Of a stretch of DNA of 64,000 bases, positions 40,922-51,338 are shown in pieces. Origin of the DNA: Nannocystis bainbridge (GTDB lineage: Bacteria > Myxococcota_A > Polyangia > Nannocystales > Nannocystaceae); NCBI RefSeq assembly GCF_028368995.1, contig NZ_JAQNDL010000001.1, positions 1,440,001 through 1,504,000 of the forward strand. Reading direction: 5' to 3'. The notes beneath the pieces were generated by a model that had not been told where the DNA came from, did no database searches, and saw only the letters and a program-made list of their open reading frames with translations. The position numbers were made by a program, and so were the translations under genes. Each line of letters starts with the position of its first letter. Position 1 is the first letter of the stretch.

Positions 40922-42043
40922 TCACTCCGCGGCGTCCACGGCTCGCTCTTCGTGAGCGCGGAGGCTCTCGACGATCGAGTCGCGGATCCTCCGGAAGAGC
41001 GCTTCATCTCTGGCAGACTCCTCGTCGTCGTCGTCGGGCTCCGCGGACCGATGCGCCGAATCCCACAGCTCGAGGGCCTCGACGAGGCGTGCCCGGTCGC
41101 CCCCCGCGTGTTCGTGGAGGTGTGCGGCGAGCATCCTGCGCGTCGCCGGTTCGTCGGGGCGGAGCGCCAGCGCGGCGCGGAGGCGCCGTTCGGCTTCGTC
41201 ATGGTGGCCGAGCTCGTTGCAAAGCACGGCGAGCGCGCGCGCCAGGAATGAGTCTTCGGAGTCGCCGACGTGGGCGACCCATGGGTCCACCTCGGCGATC
41301 GTGGTGGCGACGAGTTCCGGGTGCGCCTCGACGAATCTGAAAGCCATGAGGACGGCTCGCATGTGCTCCTCGCCGAGCGGGAGGCGGACGCCACCGATCT
41401 CGCCGGCGCTGTCCGACCCGCCGCGCCCGCGCACCGCCGCGAGAAAGCGGAGCCGAGCGGTGAGACACCCGACCATGTCGTCGTCGCGCAGGTCGTCGGC
41501 GTCCGCCAGGAGCGCCAGCAACGACTCGAGCGGCGGATCTTCCGGACGAAGCCGTCGCCACAACTCGACGGCGGCGAGCCCGAGGAAATCGCGGTCCGCC
41601 GCCGACACGCGCGACCCGAGGGCGGGTAACCAGTGAATCCGCGACATTCGCCAGGCAGAGCCGCCGGCGGGCATCCGGGCGATGTGAGCCAGGACGTCGG
41701 CTCGAGAGAGGACGAGGCCGCGGTCGGCGAGGCCGGTGAACAGGGCGTCGTCGGCGAGCGCGGCGACCTCCGCGTGCGTCCAGAAGCCGGGCATCTCGTG
41801 CCGCCAACGCCACGGCGTGCCACGGACGACGAGCTCGCGCTCACGCTCACGCTGCGTCAGATAGGGATGCACGTCGGTGTCCTCGTCAGCGCTGAGCACT
41901 CGCCCGTCACGGGCGAGTGGGCGCGGAGGCGCGGGGGTGGACCCGTCCTTGCGCGCGACGGTCCGGGCCTTCCGGCGCTCGACCTCCCGAAGGTGTCGCT
42001 TCTCGGCGCGGCGTCGGGCGCTGCGATGCTGCTGCTGGCTCAT
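40922..42043 (-). CDS. Hypothetical protein with TPR-like C-terminus
   Basis: Protein-like C-terminal part of a long ORF, start MSQQQHRS; ELGHHDEAERRLRAALALRP. Confidence 0.65.
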   Translation of the reverse strand: MSQQQHRSARRRAEKRHLREVERRKARTVARKDGSTPAPPRPLARDGRVLSADEDTDVHPYLTQRERERELVVRGTPWRWRHEMPGFWTHAEVAALADDALFTGLADRGLVLSRADVLAHIARMPAGGSAWRMSRIHWLPALGSRVSAADRDFLGLAAVELWRRLRPEDPPLESLLALLADADDLRDDDMVGCLTARLRFLAAVRGRGGSDSAGEIGGVRLPLGEEHMRAVLMAFRFVEAHPELVATTIAEVDPWVAHVGDSEDSFLARALAVLCNELGHHDEAERRLRAALALRPDEPATRRMLAAHLHEHAGGDRARLVEALELWDSAHRSAEPDDDDEESARDEALFRRIRDSIVESLRAHEERAVDAAE

Positions 42044-42193
42044 GGCACGACCCATAGCCCGTGAGCGTTTCCGCGCCAAGCGCCGCGAGGGGTGTTTGAA
42101 AGCTTCTAGATGGTTGCGCGGCTCCTCGACGCCGCCATCGAGAATCCACCCGGGCGTACGGACTCTCGAGTCAAAGCGCGACCCGGCTCGACA

Positions 42194-42263
42194 TGGCGAT
42201 CGAGACATGTCCTTAAGAACATGTCCGTGGGGACATGCCCTTTCGCGCATGTCCGCTCTCGCC
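42194..42263. repeat. Array of five phased 14-bp palindrome-like units
   Basis: tggcgatcgagaca|tgtccttaagaaca|TGTCCGTGGGGACA|tgccctttcgcgca|tgtccgctctcgcc. Confidence 0.82.
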
Positions 42264-42264
42264 G

Positions 42265-44394
42265 TCAGTCGACGAAGTTCGGCGGCCCGGTGCGCTCGAG
42301 GTACCCGTCGAGCGCGCCCTGCAGCCGCTCGATCTTCGGATCGCCGTAGGGCAGCGGCTTGTCGCCTTGCTGCTTGCGGGCCGACAGCGCCTCGTCGAGC
42401 AGGTTGCACACCAGCTTGTAGGTGCCGTCGAACACCGTGACCATGTTGTGGGTCGCGGCGCCGTTGGCGGTGAAGCGCCAGGTCTCGGCCACCAGCACCC
42501 GGTTCTTGTTGGAGGCCGGGTTGGAGAGGATGCCGGCGAGGTCGCGGCCGTCGAGGCCCTCGGGCGCCGGGGTCTCGGTCCACTTGAGGATCGTCGGCAT
42601 CACGTCGACGGTGCCGACCAACTGCTTCGAGGTGGTGCCGGGCGCGAAGCCGGGGCCGCGCACGACCAGCGGCACGCGGATGTCGTCCTCGCCGACGCCG
42701 ACGCCGTGGGTGCGGCGCTTGGCGCCGAGGCTCTCGCCGTGGTCGGCGGTGATGATGACGGCGATCTCGCGCTCCTTGGCGAGCTCGTCGATGCGCTCGA
42801 GCAGGCGGCCGACGTGCTTGTCGGTCCACGCGATCTCGTGGTCGTACTTGCCGGCGACGCTGTTGCCCCACCGCGGCACCCCGCGGTGCCACGAGTGGCC
42901 GCCGTGCGGGCCGAAGTAATGGGCCCACAGGAAGAACGGGCGGTCCTTGGGCTGGGCGTCGAGGATCTTGATCGCGGCGTCGGTGACGGCGACGTCGAGC
43001 GCCTTGCCCGAGACCTCCTCGTACTCGTCGAAGTCGGGGTAGGCGCCGGTCGAGGCGTCGAGGAAGCCGGTCGAGCCGTCGTCGATGACCGCGGCGGTGT
43101 ACATGCCGCGCCGCTTCAAGAACGTCTGCAGCGGCACGTACTTCTCGGCCGCGGGCAGGCCGAACTTGAGCTTGAGCAGCTCGCCGTCGTCGAGCTGATC
43201 GATCTCGGTGCTGCGCAGCAGGCGGAACTTGTTGGTCTCGAAGAACGGGTTCCACACCAGCCGCCGCGGGTACACGCCGCGGAACATCGACGACAGCGCC
43301 AGGCTGGTCCACGAGCCGCCGGTGTAGGCGCGGATGAAGCGGGTCCCGCTCTCGGACCACTTCTTCATCTCGGGGGTGGTGTTGCGCTTGCCGCCCCAGC
43401 TGACGTGGTCGGCGCGCAGGGTGTCGATGGTGATGAGGACGACGCTGGTCGGCGGCGGCTTGTCGGGCACCGGCGGGTCGGCGACCGGCTCCTCGACCGG
43501 CGCGTCGCCGAGGACGCAGTTGTCGTCGACGCCGTTGCCGGGCAGCTCGCGCGCGAACGGGTGGACCGCGGCGTTGAACGGGGCGCAGTCGCCACCGCCG
43601 AGGATCGGCGAGTAACCGTCGCGGTCGACGTCGCCGAGGGTCCGCAGCGTCCGCAGCGACAGGCTCGAGAACGGCCGCTCGAGCAGGCCCGCGAGCAGGT
43701 CGCGGTCGCCGTCGACGACCACGAGCGCCCACACGAACGGCAACGCCAGCACGCCCGCGCCGACCGGGCGCCCCCACGCGGGCACGCGCAGGCGGCGGGG
43801 CCAGTAGCGCAGGCAGGCGACGCCGACGATCGTCAGCATCAGCACCGCCATCACCCGCAGGGCCGTGTGCGCCGCCGGATAGTTGTCGACCCCGACCCGG
43901 CGATCGGCGACGATGAAGCCGACCGCCGCCAGCGCCAGCAGCGGGCCGGTCCACAGCGGCCGCTTCCACGTGCGCGACAGCCAGGCCGGCTGGGTCGCCG
44001 ACGGCTGGGCGACGAACCCCAGCAGCGCCAGCCCCAGCCCCGCGCCCACGCCGGCGATCGCCGCGGCCACGGCGTCGGCGTGGTCCTTGCCGCCGAAGCG
44101 GGCGATCACCCCGAGCTGGTCCATGAGCCAGACGGTCAGCCCGGCGCCGACCGCCAGCCACGCGAGCGCCCGCCCCCACGTCGGCAGCCGTTGCAGCCCG
44201 CGCAGCACCCCGGCGAACACGCCCCCGAGCACCGCGCCGGCGCCGACGCCGACGCCGAGAGCGGCGATCGCCGCCGACGCACCCACACCCTGCCCGCCGC
44301 TGACGAAATCGATCAGGGAGGCCAGGCCGGCGACCGCGGCGGCAAACGGGATATGGGCCAAAAACGCCGTTCTGGGCGGATCTTCGACGGACAT
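42265..44394 (-). CDS. Membrane-anchored sulfatase-like/alkaline phosphatase superfamily protein with MopE-like metal-binding motif
   Basis: Multi-TM N-terminus; DVDRDG...DC...GNGVDDNC; VLITIDTLRADH, WTSLALSS, YDHEI, TADHGE, RVPL, DVMPTIL. Confidence 0.88.
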   Translation of the reverse strand: MSVEDPPRTAFLAHIPFAAAVAGLASLIDFVSGGQGVGASAAIAALGVGVGAGAVLGGVFAGVLRGLQRLPTWGRALAWLAVGAGLTVWLMDQLGVIARFGGKDHADAVAAAIAGVGAGLGLALLGFVAQPSATQPAWLSRTWKRPLWTGPLLALAAVGFIVADRRVGVDNYPAAHTALRVMAVLMLTIVGVACLRYWPRRLRVPAWGRPVGAGVLALPFVWALVVVDGDRDLLAGLLERPFSSLSLRTLRTLGDVDRDGYSPILGGGDCAPFNAAVHPFARELPGNGVDDNCVLGDAPVEEPVADPPVPDKPPPTSVVLITIDTLRADHVSWGGKRNTTPEMKKWSESGTRFIRAYTGGSWTSLALSSMFRGVYPRRLVWNPFFETNKFRLLRSTEIDQLDDGELLKLKFGLPAAEKYVPLQTFLKRRGMYTAAVIDDGSTGFLDASTGAYPDFDEYEEVSGKALDVAVTDAAIKILDAQPKDRPFFLWAHYFGPHGGHSWHRGVPRWGNSVAGKYDHEIAWTDKHVGRLLERIDELAKEREIAVIITADHGESLGAKRRTHGVGVGEDDIRVPLVVRGPGFAPGTTSKQLVGTVDVMPTILKWTETPAPEGLDGRDLAGILSNPASNKNRVLVAETWRFTANGAATHNMVTVFDGTYKLVCNLLDEALSARKQQGDKPLPYGDPKIERLQGALDGYLERTGPPNFVD

Positions 44395-44650
44395 CGCGGC
44401 AGCGCCGCATTGTGCCCGACGTCGCGGCGTGACGGAAGCGTGACGTTGTTTGCCGGCGCTCCCCCATGCAGAGGTCACCCCCGCCGAAGGGCCGTCAGCG
44501 GCCCGTCAGACGGCTTTCGGCCCCGGGCCGGGCCCGCCCGCTCCGGCGCATGCCGTAGCGCACGAGGGGCGGCGATCTCCGCGACGCAGGCGACATCGCG
44601 CGTGACGCGCGATGCGCCGCTTGCGAGCGCGGCGAACGGCGTCCGCATGC

Positions 44651-44746
44651 TGTCCCGCGGGACATGTCGCATCGGTCATGTCGCTCACGCGGGCCCTCTT
44701 CACCGCTCGTTCGGGACATGTCCGTATCGACATGTCCCGAAGAACA
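44651..44746. repeat. Two clusters of phased 14-bp palindrome-like units
   Basis: TGTCCCGCGGGACA|tgtcgcatcggtca ... gctcgttcgggaca|tgtccgtatcgaca|tgtcccgaagaaca. Confidence 0.8.
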
Positions 44747-44748
44747 GC

Positions 44749-45663
44749 TCAATTCTCCTCGTCCTCGCCGTCCTCGTCCTCGTCCGCGTCGCCGTACGGA
44801 TCGTAGTCGTCGTCCGCTTCGATCTCCGCGATCGCGTGCATCTCCGCGATCTCCTCGTCGCCGGCCCCCAGCACCTCGGCCAGGCTGGCCCACGGGAACC
44901 CGCCTGCGTGGGCCAGGCCGAGGTACTTGGCGATGACCTCCGGGTCGCGCGCGTGGCCGCGGCCCTGATAGCACTTGATACCGACCAGCGCCCCCGCCTT
45001 GACGTGCCCGAGGTCGGCGGCCTTGCGGTACCACGCGAACGCGGCCGCGTCGTCCTGGGCCACGCGGTCGCCGGTCTCGGCGTAGTAGCCCTCGTTGAAG
45101 ATCGCCCGCGCCTGCCCGAGCGCCGCCGCCCTGGCGTTGTAGGCCCGGCCCGCCTCGGGGTCGCTGCGCCCGACCAGCACCGCGGCCTCGAACAGCCCGT
45201 CGGCGTGGCCCTTCTCGGCCGAGCGCACCGCCGCCGCGCGGGCCTCGTCCTCGTCGCCCTCGCAGCCGTCGGGCCCGGCCAGCCCGCGCGTCCACATGTA
45301 GCTGAGCAGCACGTCGAGCGCGCCGGTATTGTCGGCCGCGGCCGCGCGCGTCAGCGTCGACCACGACGCCCCCGCCAGCTGCGAGTCCTCCCGTTGCACG
45401 ATCCGCCGCGCCAGCCCGAGCGCCGCCTCGTGATGCCCGCCGGCGGCCGCCTGCGCCTGCGCCTGCCACGACAGCGCGCGCAGCTCCTCGACCAGCGCCT
45501 CGTCGACCGGCGGCAGCCCGGCGATCGCGTCGGACTCGCGGAACTCGAGCGCGACCACGGCGAGGCGATGGTGGTCGTACAGCTCCTCGGCGGAGCCCTG
45601 CCCGGCCAGCCCGGCCTTCAGCGCCGCGATCTTGTCGCGCGTGTCCTTCTCGCGTTCGTCCAT
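44749..45663 (-). CDS. Sel1-like repeat protein
   Basis: SAEKGHADG, AAALGQARA, AFAWYRKAADLGHVKA; acidic tail. Confidence 0.85.
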   Translation of the reverse strand: MDEREKDTRDKIAALKAGLAGQGSAEELYDHHRLAVVALEFRESDAIAGLPPVDEALVEELRALSWQAQAQAAAGGHHEAALGLARRIVQREDSQLAGASWSTLTRAAAADNTGALDVLLSYMWTRGLAGPDGCEGDEDEARAAAVRSAEKGHADGLFEAAVLVGRSDPEAGRAYNARAAALGQARAIFNEGYYAETGDRVAQDDAAAFAWYRKAADLGHVKAGALVGIKCYQGRGHARDPEVIAKYLGLAHAGGFPWASLAEVLGAGDEEIAEMHAIAEIEADDDYDPYGDADEDEDGEDEEN

Positions 45664-45793
45664 CGCTCGACGCTACCGCGACTGCCGGTGAAATTCGCGG
45701 CGCGCACGTGTGAGGAATTCATGGCTCTGCGCCCGGCGATGGCGTCGCCCACATCTCGCATCGGCGACTGCCCGAGCCGGCCCACCGATGAGA

Positions 45794-45842
45794 TGTCCCT
45801 CGGGACAGGTCGCATCGACGTCGGGACATGTCCTTCGAGACA
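45794..45842. repeat. Cluster of 14-bp palindromes
   Basis: TGTCCCTCGGGACA (45794); tcgacgtcgggaca|tgtccttcgagaca. Confidence 0.78.
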
Positions 45843-46087
45843 TGCCCATCCGCCGGCGATCGCCGTTCGCCGCCGGAGCCCCCGCGAGCGACCGGCGACC
45901 CGCGGCGGAATGACCACACCGTCGGCTCGCCGCCCGCGGCCCCGGGATCGCAAGACGGGCGATTTCGCGCCCCCCGTCGAGCCCCGTGCCCTCGCCCTCG
46001 GGGACCTTCGCAGCGCAGGGCTTCGCGGCTACTGTGGCCGCGCCGCCGGGCCCGGGGCGCGGCGGCGGATTGGCTAGAGGAACCACG

Positions 46088-46615
46088 ATGCAGCTTATGA
46101 GATGGAACACCATGGAGGCCCACGGCCCGCCGCGGCCCGGCTGGTGGGCGACCCTCGCCGCCGTCGCCCTGCTGGGCGGATGCGCCGACGACACGACCAC
46201 GGTCACCGACACGGCCCAGGGCACGACCACGCAGACGACCGTCGAATCGACCGTCACCACCGACGAGCCGACCACCACCGTCGCGCCGACCACCACCGAC
46301 GCGCCGACCTCGACCACCACCGAGACCGGCTCGACCACCGCGGTCGAGCCGACCACCACCGTCGAACCGACCACCACCGATTCGACGACGACGACGACGA
46401 CGACGACCGACACCACCGACACCGACAGCACCACCGGCGACGAGCTCGTCGGCAAGTCGATCACCCAGACCGTCAACAGCGGCACCGTCGCCCAGAGCCC
46501 CAACTTCCGCATGGTCTTCACGCTGGGTCAGCCGACCCAGAACCAGGGCCTCTACACCTCCGATAACTTTCGTCTGCAGGGCGGCCTCATCGGCGCCAAC
46601 GGGAACCCTCCATGA
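46088..46615 (+). CDS. Thr-rich lipoprotein, partner of collagen-like protein 1
   Basis: Lipobox LLGGC-ADD, Thr stalk, conserved ~60-aa C-terminal domain; ATGA overlap with the next gene; start may be 46097 or 46112. Confidence 0.82.
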   Translation: MQLMRWNTMEAHGPPRPGWWATLAAVALLGGCADDTTTVTDTAQGTTTQTTVESTVTTDEPTTTVAPTTTDAPTSTTTETGSTTAVEPTTTVEPTTTDSTTTTTTTTDTTDTDSTTGDELVGKSITQTVNSGTVAQSPNFRMVFTLGQPTQNQGLYTSDNFRLQGGLIGANGNPP

Positions 46616-47835
46616 CCCTCCGTCGCCTCTCCTCCGTCTCGACCCTGAAGCCGTGGTGGCTCGCGCCGATCCTCGCCGCCGTGACGCTGACGCCGCTCGA
46701 GGCCAGCGCGCTCGCCGTACCGGCCCTCGTCACCCACCAGGGCCGCCTGTTCGACGCCAACGGCGCGCTCGTCAGCGGCGCCCACGACCTCACCTTCGCC
46801 ATCTACGACGCCGAGCTCGCCGGCAACGAGATCTGGTCCGAGACCGTCACCGTCGATTTCGACGACGGTTACTTCTCGGTGCGCCTCGGCGAGCAACTGG
46901 TGCTCGACGAGAACGTCTTCGACGGCTCGACCCGCTGGCTCGGCATCACCGTCGACGCCGACCCGGAGATGACCCCGCGCGCAGCGATCGTCAGCGTCCC
47001 GTATGCGATGTTCGCCGGCGATGTCCGCGGTGAGATCAACCCGACCAATGTCAACATCCAGGGCTTCGGCGCGGTCATCGATCAGAACGGCAAATGGGTC
47101 GGCGACCCCTCGGGCCTGCTCGGTCCCGCCGGCCCGCCCGGACCCGCCGGTCCCGCCGGTCCCGCCGGCACCGAGGGCCCCGCCGGTCCCGAGGGCCCCG
47201 CCGGCCCGCCTGGACCCGCCGGTCCCGCCGGTCCGTCCGGCCCGTCCGGTCCTGCCGGCGCGCAGGGTCCCCAGGGCCCGATGGGCCTCGCTGGCCCTGC
47301 CGGCCCCGCCGGTCCTGCCGGTCCTGCAGGCGGCGTCGGCCCTGCCGGTCCTGCCGGTCCCGCCGGCCCCGCCGGCCCCGCCGGAGCCCAGGGCCCGAGC
47401 GGCCCCGTCGGCCCCGCCGGCCCGGAGGGTCCGACCGGCATCATCGCCACCGCCAGCTTCGCCGGCGCCATCGAGGACATCCCGCTCGACCCGGCGTGGG
47501 TGTTCGTCGGCCCGACCGCGGTCATCTCCGTCGAAGCCGGCCAGCGCCTGACCGGCACCGCCACCGCGGGTCTGGCCCACGGCACCACCCTCACCTGGCG
47601 CCGCGTCGACCTCGACCTCTGTTATCGCCAGGGCGCGCAGGCCCTGAAGAACTTCAGCGGCGTCAATTTCGTGTCGCCGCGCATCGAGCAGTTCGCCAAC
47701 TCGTTCACCGCCGCCGGCACGATCGTGCCCGGCGCCGGCTCGTGGACCGTCGGCCTTTGCATTCGCAACAACTACGGCGGCGAGATCCTCGACGAGAACA
47801 ACCGCGTCAACGGGTGGATCCAGCTCACCAATTGA
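46612..47835 (+). CDS. Secreted collagen-like protein 1 (~35 Gly-X-Y triplets)
   Basis: Signal peptide, N-domain [12 protein letters not shown]...DGYFSVRLG...SVPYAMFA, continuous GPA/GPQ/GPE triplets, ~130-aa beta-rich tip. Confidence 0.92.
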   Translation: MTLRRLSSVSTLKPWWLAPILAAVTLTPLEASALAVPALVTHQGRLFDANGALVSGAHDLTFAIYDAELAGNEIWSETVTVDFDDGYFSVRLGEQLVLDENVFDGSTRWLGITVDADPEMTPRAAIVSVPYAMFAGDVRGEINPTNVNIQGFGAVIDQNGKWVGDPSGLLGPAGPPGPAGPAGPAGTEGPAGPEGPAGPPGPAGPAGPSGPSGPAGAQGPQGPMGLAGPAGPAGPAGPAGGVGPAGPAGPAGPAGPAGAQGPSGPVGPAGPEGPTGIIATASFAGAIEDIPLDPAWVFVGPTAVISVEAGQRLTGTATAGLAHGTTLTWRRVDLDLCYRQGAQALKNFSGVNFVSPRIEQFANSFTAAGTIVPGAGSWTVGLCIRNNYGGEILDENNRVNGWIQLTN

Positions 47836-48332
47836 GCGCATGAGCGCAGCGCCCGGATCACCTAACCCAAAAGTCAGGTGACCCGGGCGCGGCGTGACCC
47901 CGATCGCGCACGCGCTCGAGCGAGCGCCCATTGCTACGACCCCCTGGGTCGCACCCGCGGCACTGCCATCATTGCCACGCTGAATGCGGCCAGGCGCGCG
48001 CGCGGGCGTTTTCGGGCGCGGCGCAGCCCGGCGATCGTCTCCATCGGCCCCCGGCGGGCGCGCGCATGCTGTCGCGGTCGTCACGATCGAAGCCGCGAGC
48101 CGGCGCCGACATCGCGCCATCGCGAAGATCGGCGCGGAGCCATACGAACGGCGTTCGATGGCCCGACCTGGCCGCTCCTCCGCGTGGCCGCCAGCCTCGA
48201 TTCCGCGCCGCCGCCGGCGTGCATGGTCCCGCGCGGACCGCACTCGGAGACCTTCAGCGAGCTCCGACTTCGTGGATAGTCTGCCCCCACCGACGCACCC
48301 CATGGGCGCGTCGGCGATTGCATGGAGGAGGA

Positions 48333-48884
48333 ATGCACGGGATGACATGGATTGGAATTACCGCCCATGGGCCGCCGCGCCCGTGGCTGGCGCTCGGCGT
48401 CGCCGCGCTGCTGACAGCAGCGTGCGCCGACGACACGACCACGGTCACGGACACCGCCCAGGGCACGAGCACGCAGACCACGGACGACCCTGACCCCACC
48501 GATTCGCCGCCGACCACCACGGTCCCGACGACCACCGATTCGCCGCCGACCACCTCGGTGACGGGCACCGATTCGACCACCGCGGTCGACCCGACCGACC
48601 CGACCACCACCGATACCACCGACACCACCGACACGACCACGACCACCACGACGACCACCACGACGACCACGGACACCACGGATACCGACACTGACGGCAC
48701 CACCGGCAACGAGCTCGTCGGCAAGTCGATCACCCAGACCGTCAACAGCGGCACCGTCGCCCAGAGCCCCAACTTCCGCATGGTCTTCACCCTGGGTCAG
48801 CCGACCCAGAATCAGGGCGTCTACACCTCGAATAACTTTCGCCTGCAGGGCGGCCTCATCGGCGCCAACGGGAACCCTCCATGA
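48333..48884 (+). CDS. Thr-rich lipoprotein, partner of collagen-like protein 2
   Basis: GGAGGA RBS; lipobox LTAAC-ADD; C-terminal 61 aa differ from copy 1 at only 3 positions; ATGA overlap. Confidence 0.85.
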   Translation: MHGMTWIGITAHGPPRPWLALGVAALLTAACADDTTTVTDTAQGTSTQTTDDPDPTDSPPTTTVPTTTDSPPTTSVTGTDSTTAVDPTDPTTTDTTDTTDTTTTTTTTTTTTTDTTDTDTDGTTGNELVGKSITQTVNSGTVAQSPNFRMVFTLGQPTQNQGVYTSNNFRLQGGLIGANGNPP

Positions 48885-50716
48885 CCCTCCGTCGCTCCTC
48901 CTCCGTCTCGTCCCTCAAAAAATGGTGGCTCGCCCCGGCCCTCGCGGCCGCGTGGCTGCTGCCGCTCGAGGCCAGCGCGCTCGCCGTGCCGGAGCTCGTC
49001 ACCCACCAGGGCCGCCTGTTCGACGCCAACGGTCTGCCCGTCGACGGCACCCAGGACCTCATTTTCACCATTTACGACGACGAGGTCGCCGGCAACGAGA
49101 TCTGGTCCGAGACCATCACCGTCGATTTCGACGAGGGCTTCTTCTCGGTCCGCCTCGGCGAGCAGCTTGTGCTCGACGAGAACGTCTTCGACGGCACGAC
49201 CCGCTGGCTCGGCATCACCGTCGGCGGCGACCCGGAGATGACCCCGCGCGCCGCCATCGTCAGCGTCCCGTATGCGATGTTCGCCGGCGATGTCCGCGGT
49301 GAGATCAACCCGACCAATGTCAACATCCAGGGCTTCGGTGCGGTGATCGATCAGAACGGCCAGTGGGTCGGCGATCCCTCGGGCCTGATCGGCCCCGCCG
49401 GCCCGCCCGGACCCGCCGGTCCTGCCGGTCCCGCCGGCTCGGAGGGCGCCGCTGGTCCCGAGGGCCCCGCCGGTCCTGCCGGCCCCGCCGGCGCGGCCGG
49501 TCCCGAAGGCCCCGCCGGCCCCGACGGCCCGCCCGGGCCCGACGGCCCCGCCGGCCCGGCCGGTCCCGCCGGTCCCGCCGGCCCCGAAGGCCCGCCGGGC
49601 CCCTCCGGCGACCTCGGCCAGGTCGGCCCGGCCGGTCCCGCCGGCCCCGAAGGCCCCCAGGGCGCCCAGGGACCGCAAGGCACCCAGGGCCCGCAGGGCG
49701 CCCAGGGGCCGCAGGGTGAGACCGGTCCGCAGGGCATCCAGGGCCCGCAGGGCGACCTCGGTCCCGCCGGCCCCGCCGGCCCGCAGGGCGAGATGGGTGC
49801 GCAGGGCGCTCAGGGCCCGCAAGGCGACCCCGGCCCCGCCGGTCCCGCCGGCCCGCAGGGCGAGATGGGCTCCGCCGGTCCTGCCGGCCCGCAGGGCGAT
49901 CCTGGCCCCGCCGGCCCCGCCGGCCCGCAGGGCGACGCCGGTCCCGCCGGCCCGGCCGGCCCGCAGGGCGAAATGGGCGCTCAGGGCGCTCAGGGCGCGC
50001 AGGGCGACCCCGGCCCTGCCGGCCCTGCCGGCCCTGCTGGCGCCGTCGGCCCCGCCGGTCCCTCCGGTCCGCAGGGCGACGCAGGTCCTGCCGGTCCTGC
50101 CGGCCCCGCGGGTGCCGTCGGTCCCGCCGGTCCTTCCGGGCCGCAGGGCGCTGTCGGCCCGGTCGGCCCGATCGGTCCCATGGGCCCCGCCGGCCCCGCC
50201 GGTGCGGTCGGTCCCGCCGGTCCTGCCGGTCCCGCCGGTCCTGCAGGCCCCGCGGGCGCCGTCGGCCCCGTCGGTCCCCAGGGCGCCGTCGGCCCGCAAG
50301 GCCCGCAGGGTCCCACCGGCGTCGTCGCCGTGGCCCGCTTCGTCAGCCAGGTCGGCAACATCGCCCCCAACGCCACCTGGACCTTCGGTGGCACCCCGGT
50401 CGTGGTCAACACCGTGGGCAACCAGCGGCTCACCGGCACGGCCACCTCGTCGCTCGGCTACCTCAACGCCGGGGCGCAGTTCAGCTTCGTCGACCTCTGT
50501 TATCAGAACGCGGCCAACCCTGGCGCCCTGACCCCGTTCTCGAACAACAACGGCGTCGAGCACCTGTTCACGACCAACCCCTACCCGATCGGCGCCACCG
50601 GCTCGGTCATCCCGGGGGCCGGCAGCTGGAACGTCGGCCTGTGTGTCGCCAACACCAGCCTCAACACCATCAACAACAACGGCTTCGTCACCGGCTGGGT
50701 GATGATCACCAACTGA
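48881..50716 (+). CDS. Secreted collagen-like protein 2 (~103 Gly-X-Y triplets)
   Basis: Same N-domain as copy 1, longer collagen stalk, divergent tip domain. Confidence 0.92.
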   Translation: MTLRRSSSVSSLKKWWLAPALAAAWLLPLEASALAVPELVTHQGRLFDANGLPVDGTQDLIFTIYDDEVAGNEIWSETITVDFDEGFFSVRLGEQLVLDENVFDGTTRWLGITVGGDPEMTPRAAIVSVPYAMFAGDVRGEINPTNVNIQGFGAVIDQNGQWVGDPSGLIGPAGPPGPAGPAGPAGSEGAAGPEGPAGPAGPAGAAGPEGPAGPDGPPGPDGPAGPAGPAGPAGPEGPPGPSGDLGQVGPAGPAGPEGPQGAQGPQGTQGPQGAQGPQGETGPQGIQGPQGDLGPAGPAGPQGEMGAQGAQGPQGDPGPAGPAGPQGEMGSAGPAGPQGDPGPAGPAGPQGDAGPAGPAGPQGEMGAQGAQGAQGDPGPAGPAGPAGAVGPAGPSGPQGDAGPAGPAGPAGAVGPAGPSGPQGAVGPVGPIGPMGPAGPAGAVGPAGPAGPAGPAGPAGAVGPVGPQGAVGPQGPQGPTGVVAVARFVSQVGNIAPNATWTFGGTPVVVNTVGNQRLTGTATSSLGYLNAGAQFSFVDLCYQNAANPGALTPFSNNNGVEHLFTTNPYPIGATGSVIPGAGSWNVGLCVANTSLNTINNNGFVTGWVMITN

Positions 50717-50783
50717 GCACACGGCGCCGGACCCCGCGCCGTCGCTGGTCGCGGGGTCCCGGCTCCGGCATGCTCCGCGTCCC

Positions 50784-51227
50784 GTGTCGACCTCGACGGC
50801 CATCCTCCTCGCCGGCGCCCTGATCGGCCTCGGCCTGTTCCTCGGCCTGCGCAGCCTCGCCCCGCGCGAGCTGCCGGTCGCGGCCCCGGAGCCGTCCGCC
50901 GCCGGCGCCCCGCCGCCGGCTGGCCCCGCGTTCGACCTGGCGACCTCCCAACAGCACGCCGCCAACGCCCTCGCCTACCACGTCGAGGCGCTGCGCCAGG
51001 CCTGCTACCTGCCCGCGGTCGTCGGCGAGACCCCGCCGCCGCCCGTGGTCCTCGAATTCAACTACACCTTCGACGCCGAGGGCCAGCAGATCGCCCGCGG
51101 CTCGCTCGAGAAGCGCGGCGCCTCGCGCCCGGCCGTCACCGAGTGCGTGCTCGCCAAACTCCCACCGCTGCGGATCCCCCGACCCGGCCAGACCGTCACC
51201 GCCAGCCCCACGCTGACCTTCCCCTGA
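50784..51227 (+). CDS. Single-TM protein with AgmX/PglI-C-like domain
   Basis: N-terminal TM, Pro linker, LRQACY...FDAEG...TECV...LTFP. Confidence 0.68.
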   Translation: MSTSTAILLAGALIGLGLFLGLRSLAPRELPVAAPEPSAAGAPPPAGPAFDLATSQQHAANALAYHVEALRQACYLPAVVGETPPPPVVLEFNYTFDAEGQQIARGSLEKRGASRPAVTECVLAKLPPLRIPRPGQTVTASPTLTFP

Positions 51228-51338
51228 CGGCTTTTCCATCGACCTGTCCCGAGGAACATCCTTGGCATCACGCGGCGACCTTCCCCTGACGGCTCTTCCA
51301 TCGACCTGTCCCGAGGACCACCCTTGGCATCACGCGGC
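51215..51338. repeat. 62-bp tandem duplication spanning stop codon, intergenic region and the start of the next gene
   Basis: GACCTTCCCCTGACGGCT(T/C)TTCCATCGACCTGTCCCGAGGA..CCTTGGCATCACGCGGC at 51215 and 51277. Confidence 0.9.

Noticed and set aside
42265-44394. Novel sulfatase chemistry because the CxPxR motif is missing
   Set aside because: Thr-nucleophile sulfatase-like members of the alkaline phosphatase superfamily are common, so this is not distinctive.
46612-50716. Prophage tail-fibre genes
   Set aside because: Both collagens have Sec signal peptides and lipoprotein partners; no phage structural, terminase or integrase genes are nearby.
47094-50716. Diversity-generating retroelement acting on the collagen tips
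   Set aside because: No reverse transcriptase and no template/variable repeat pair with adenine-specific differences; the tips are broadly diverged.
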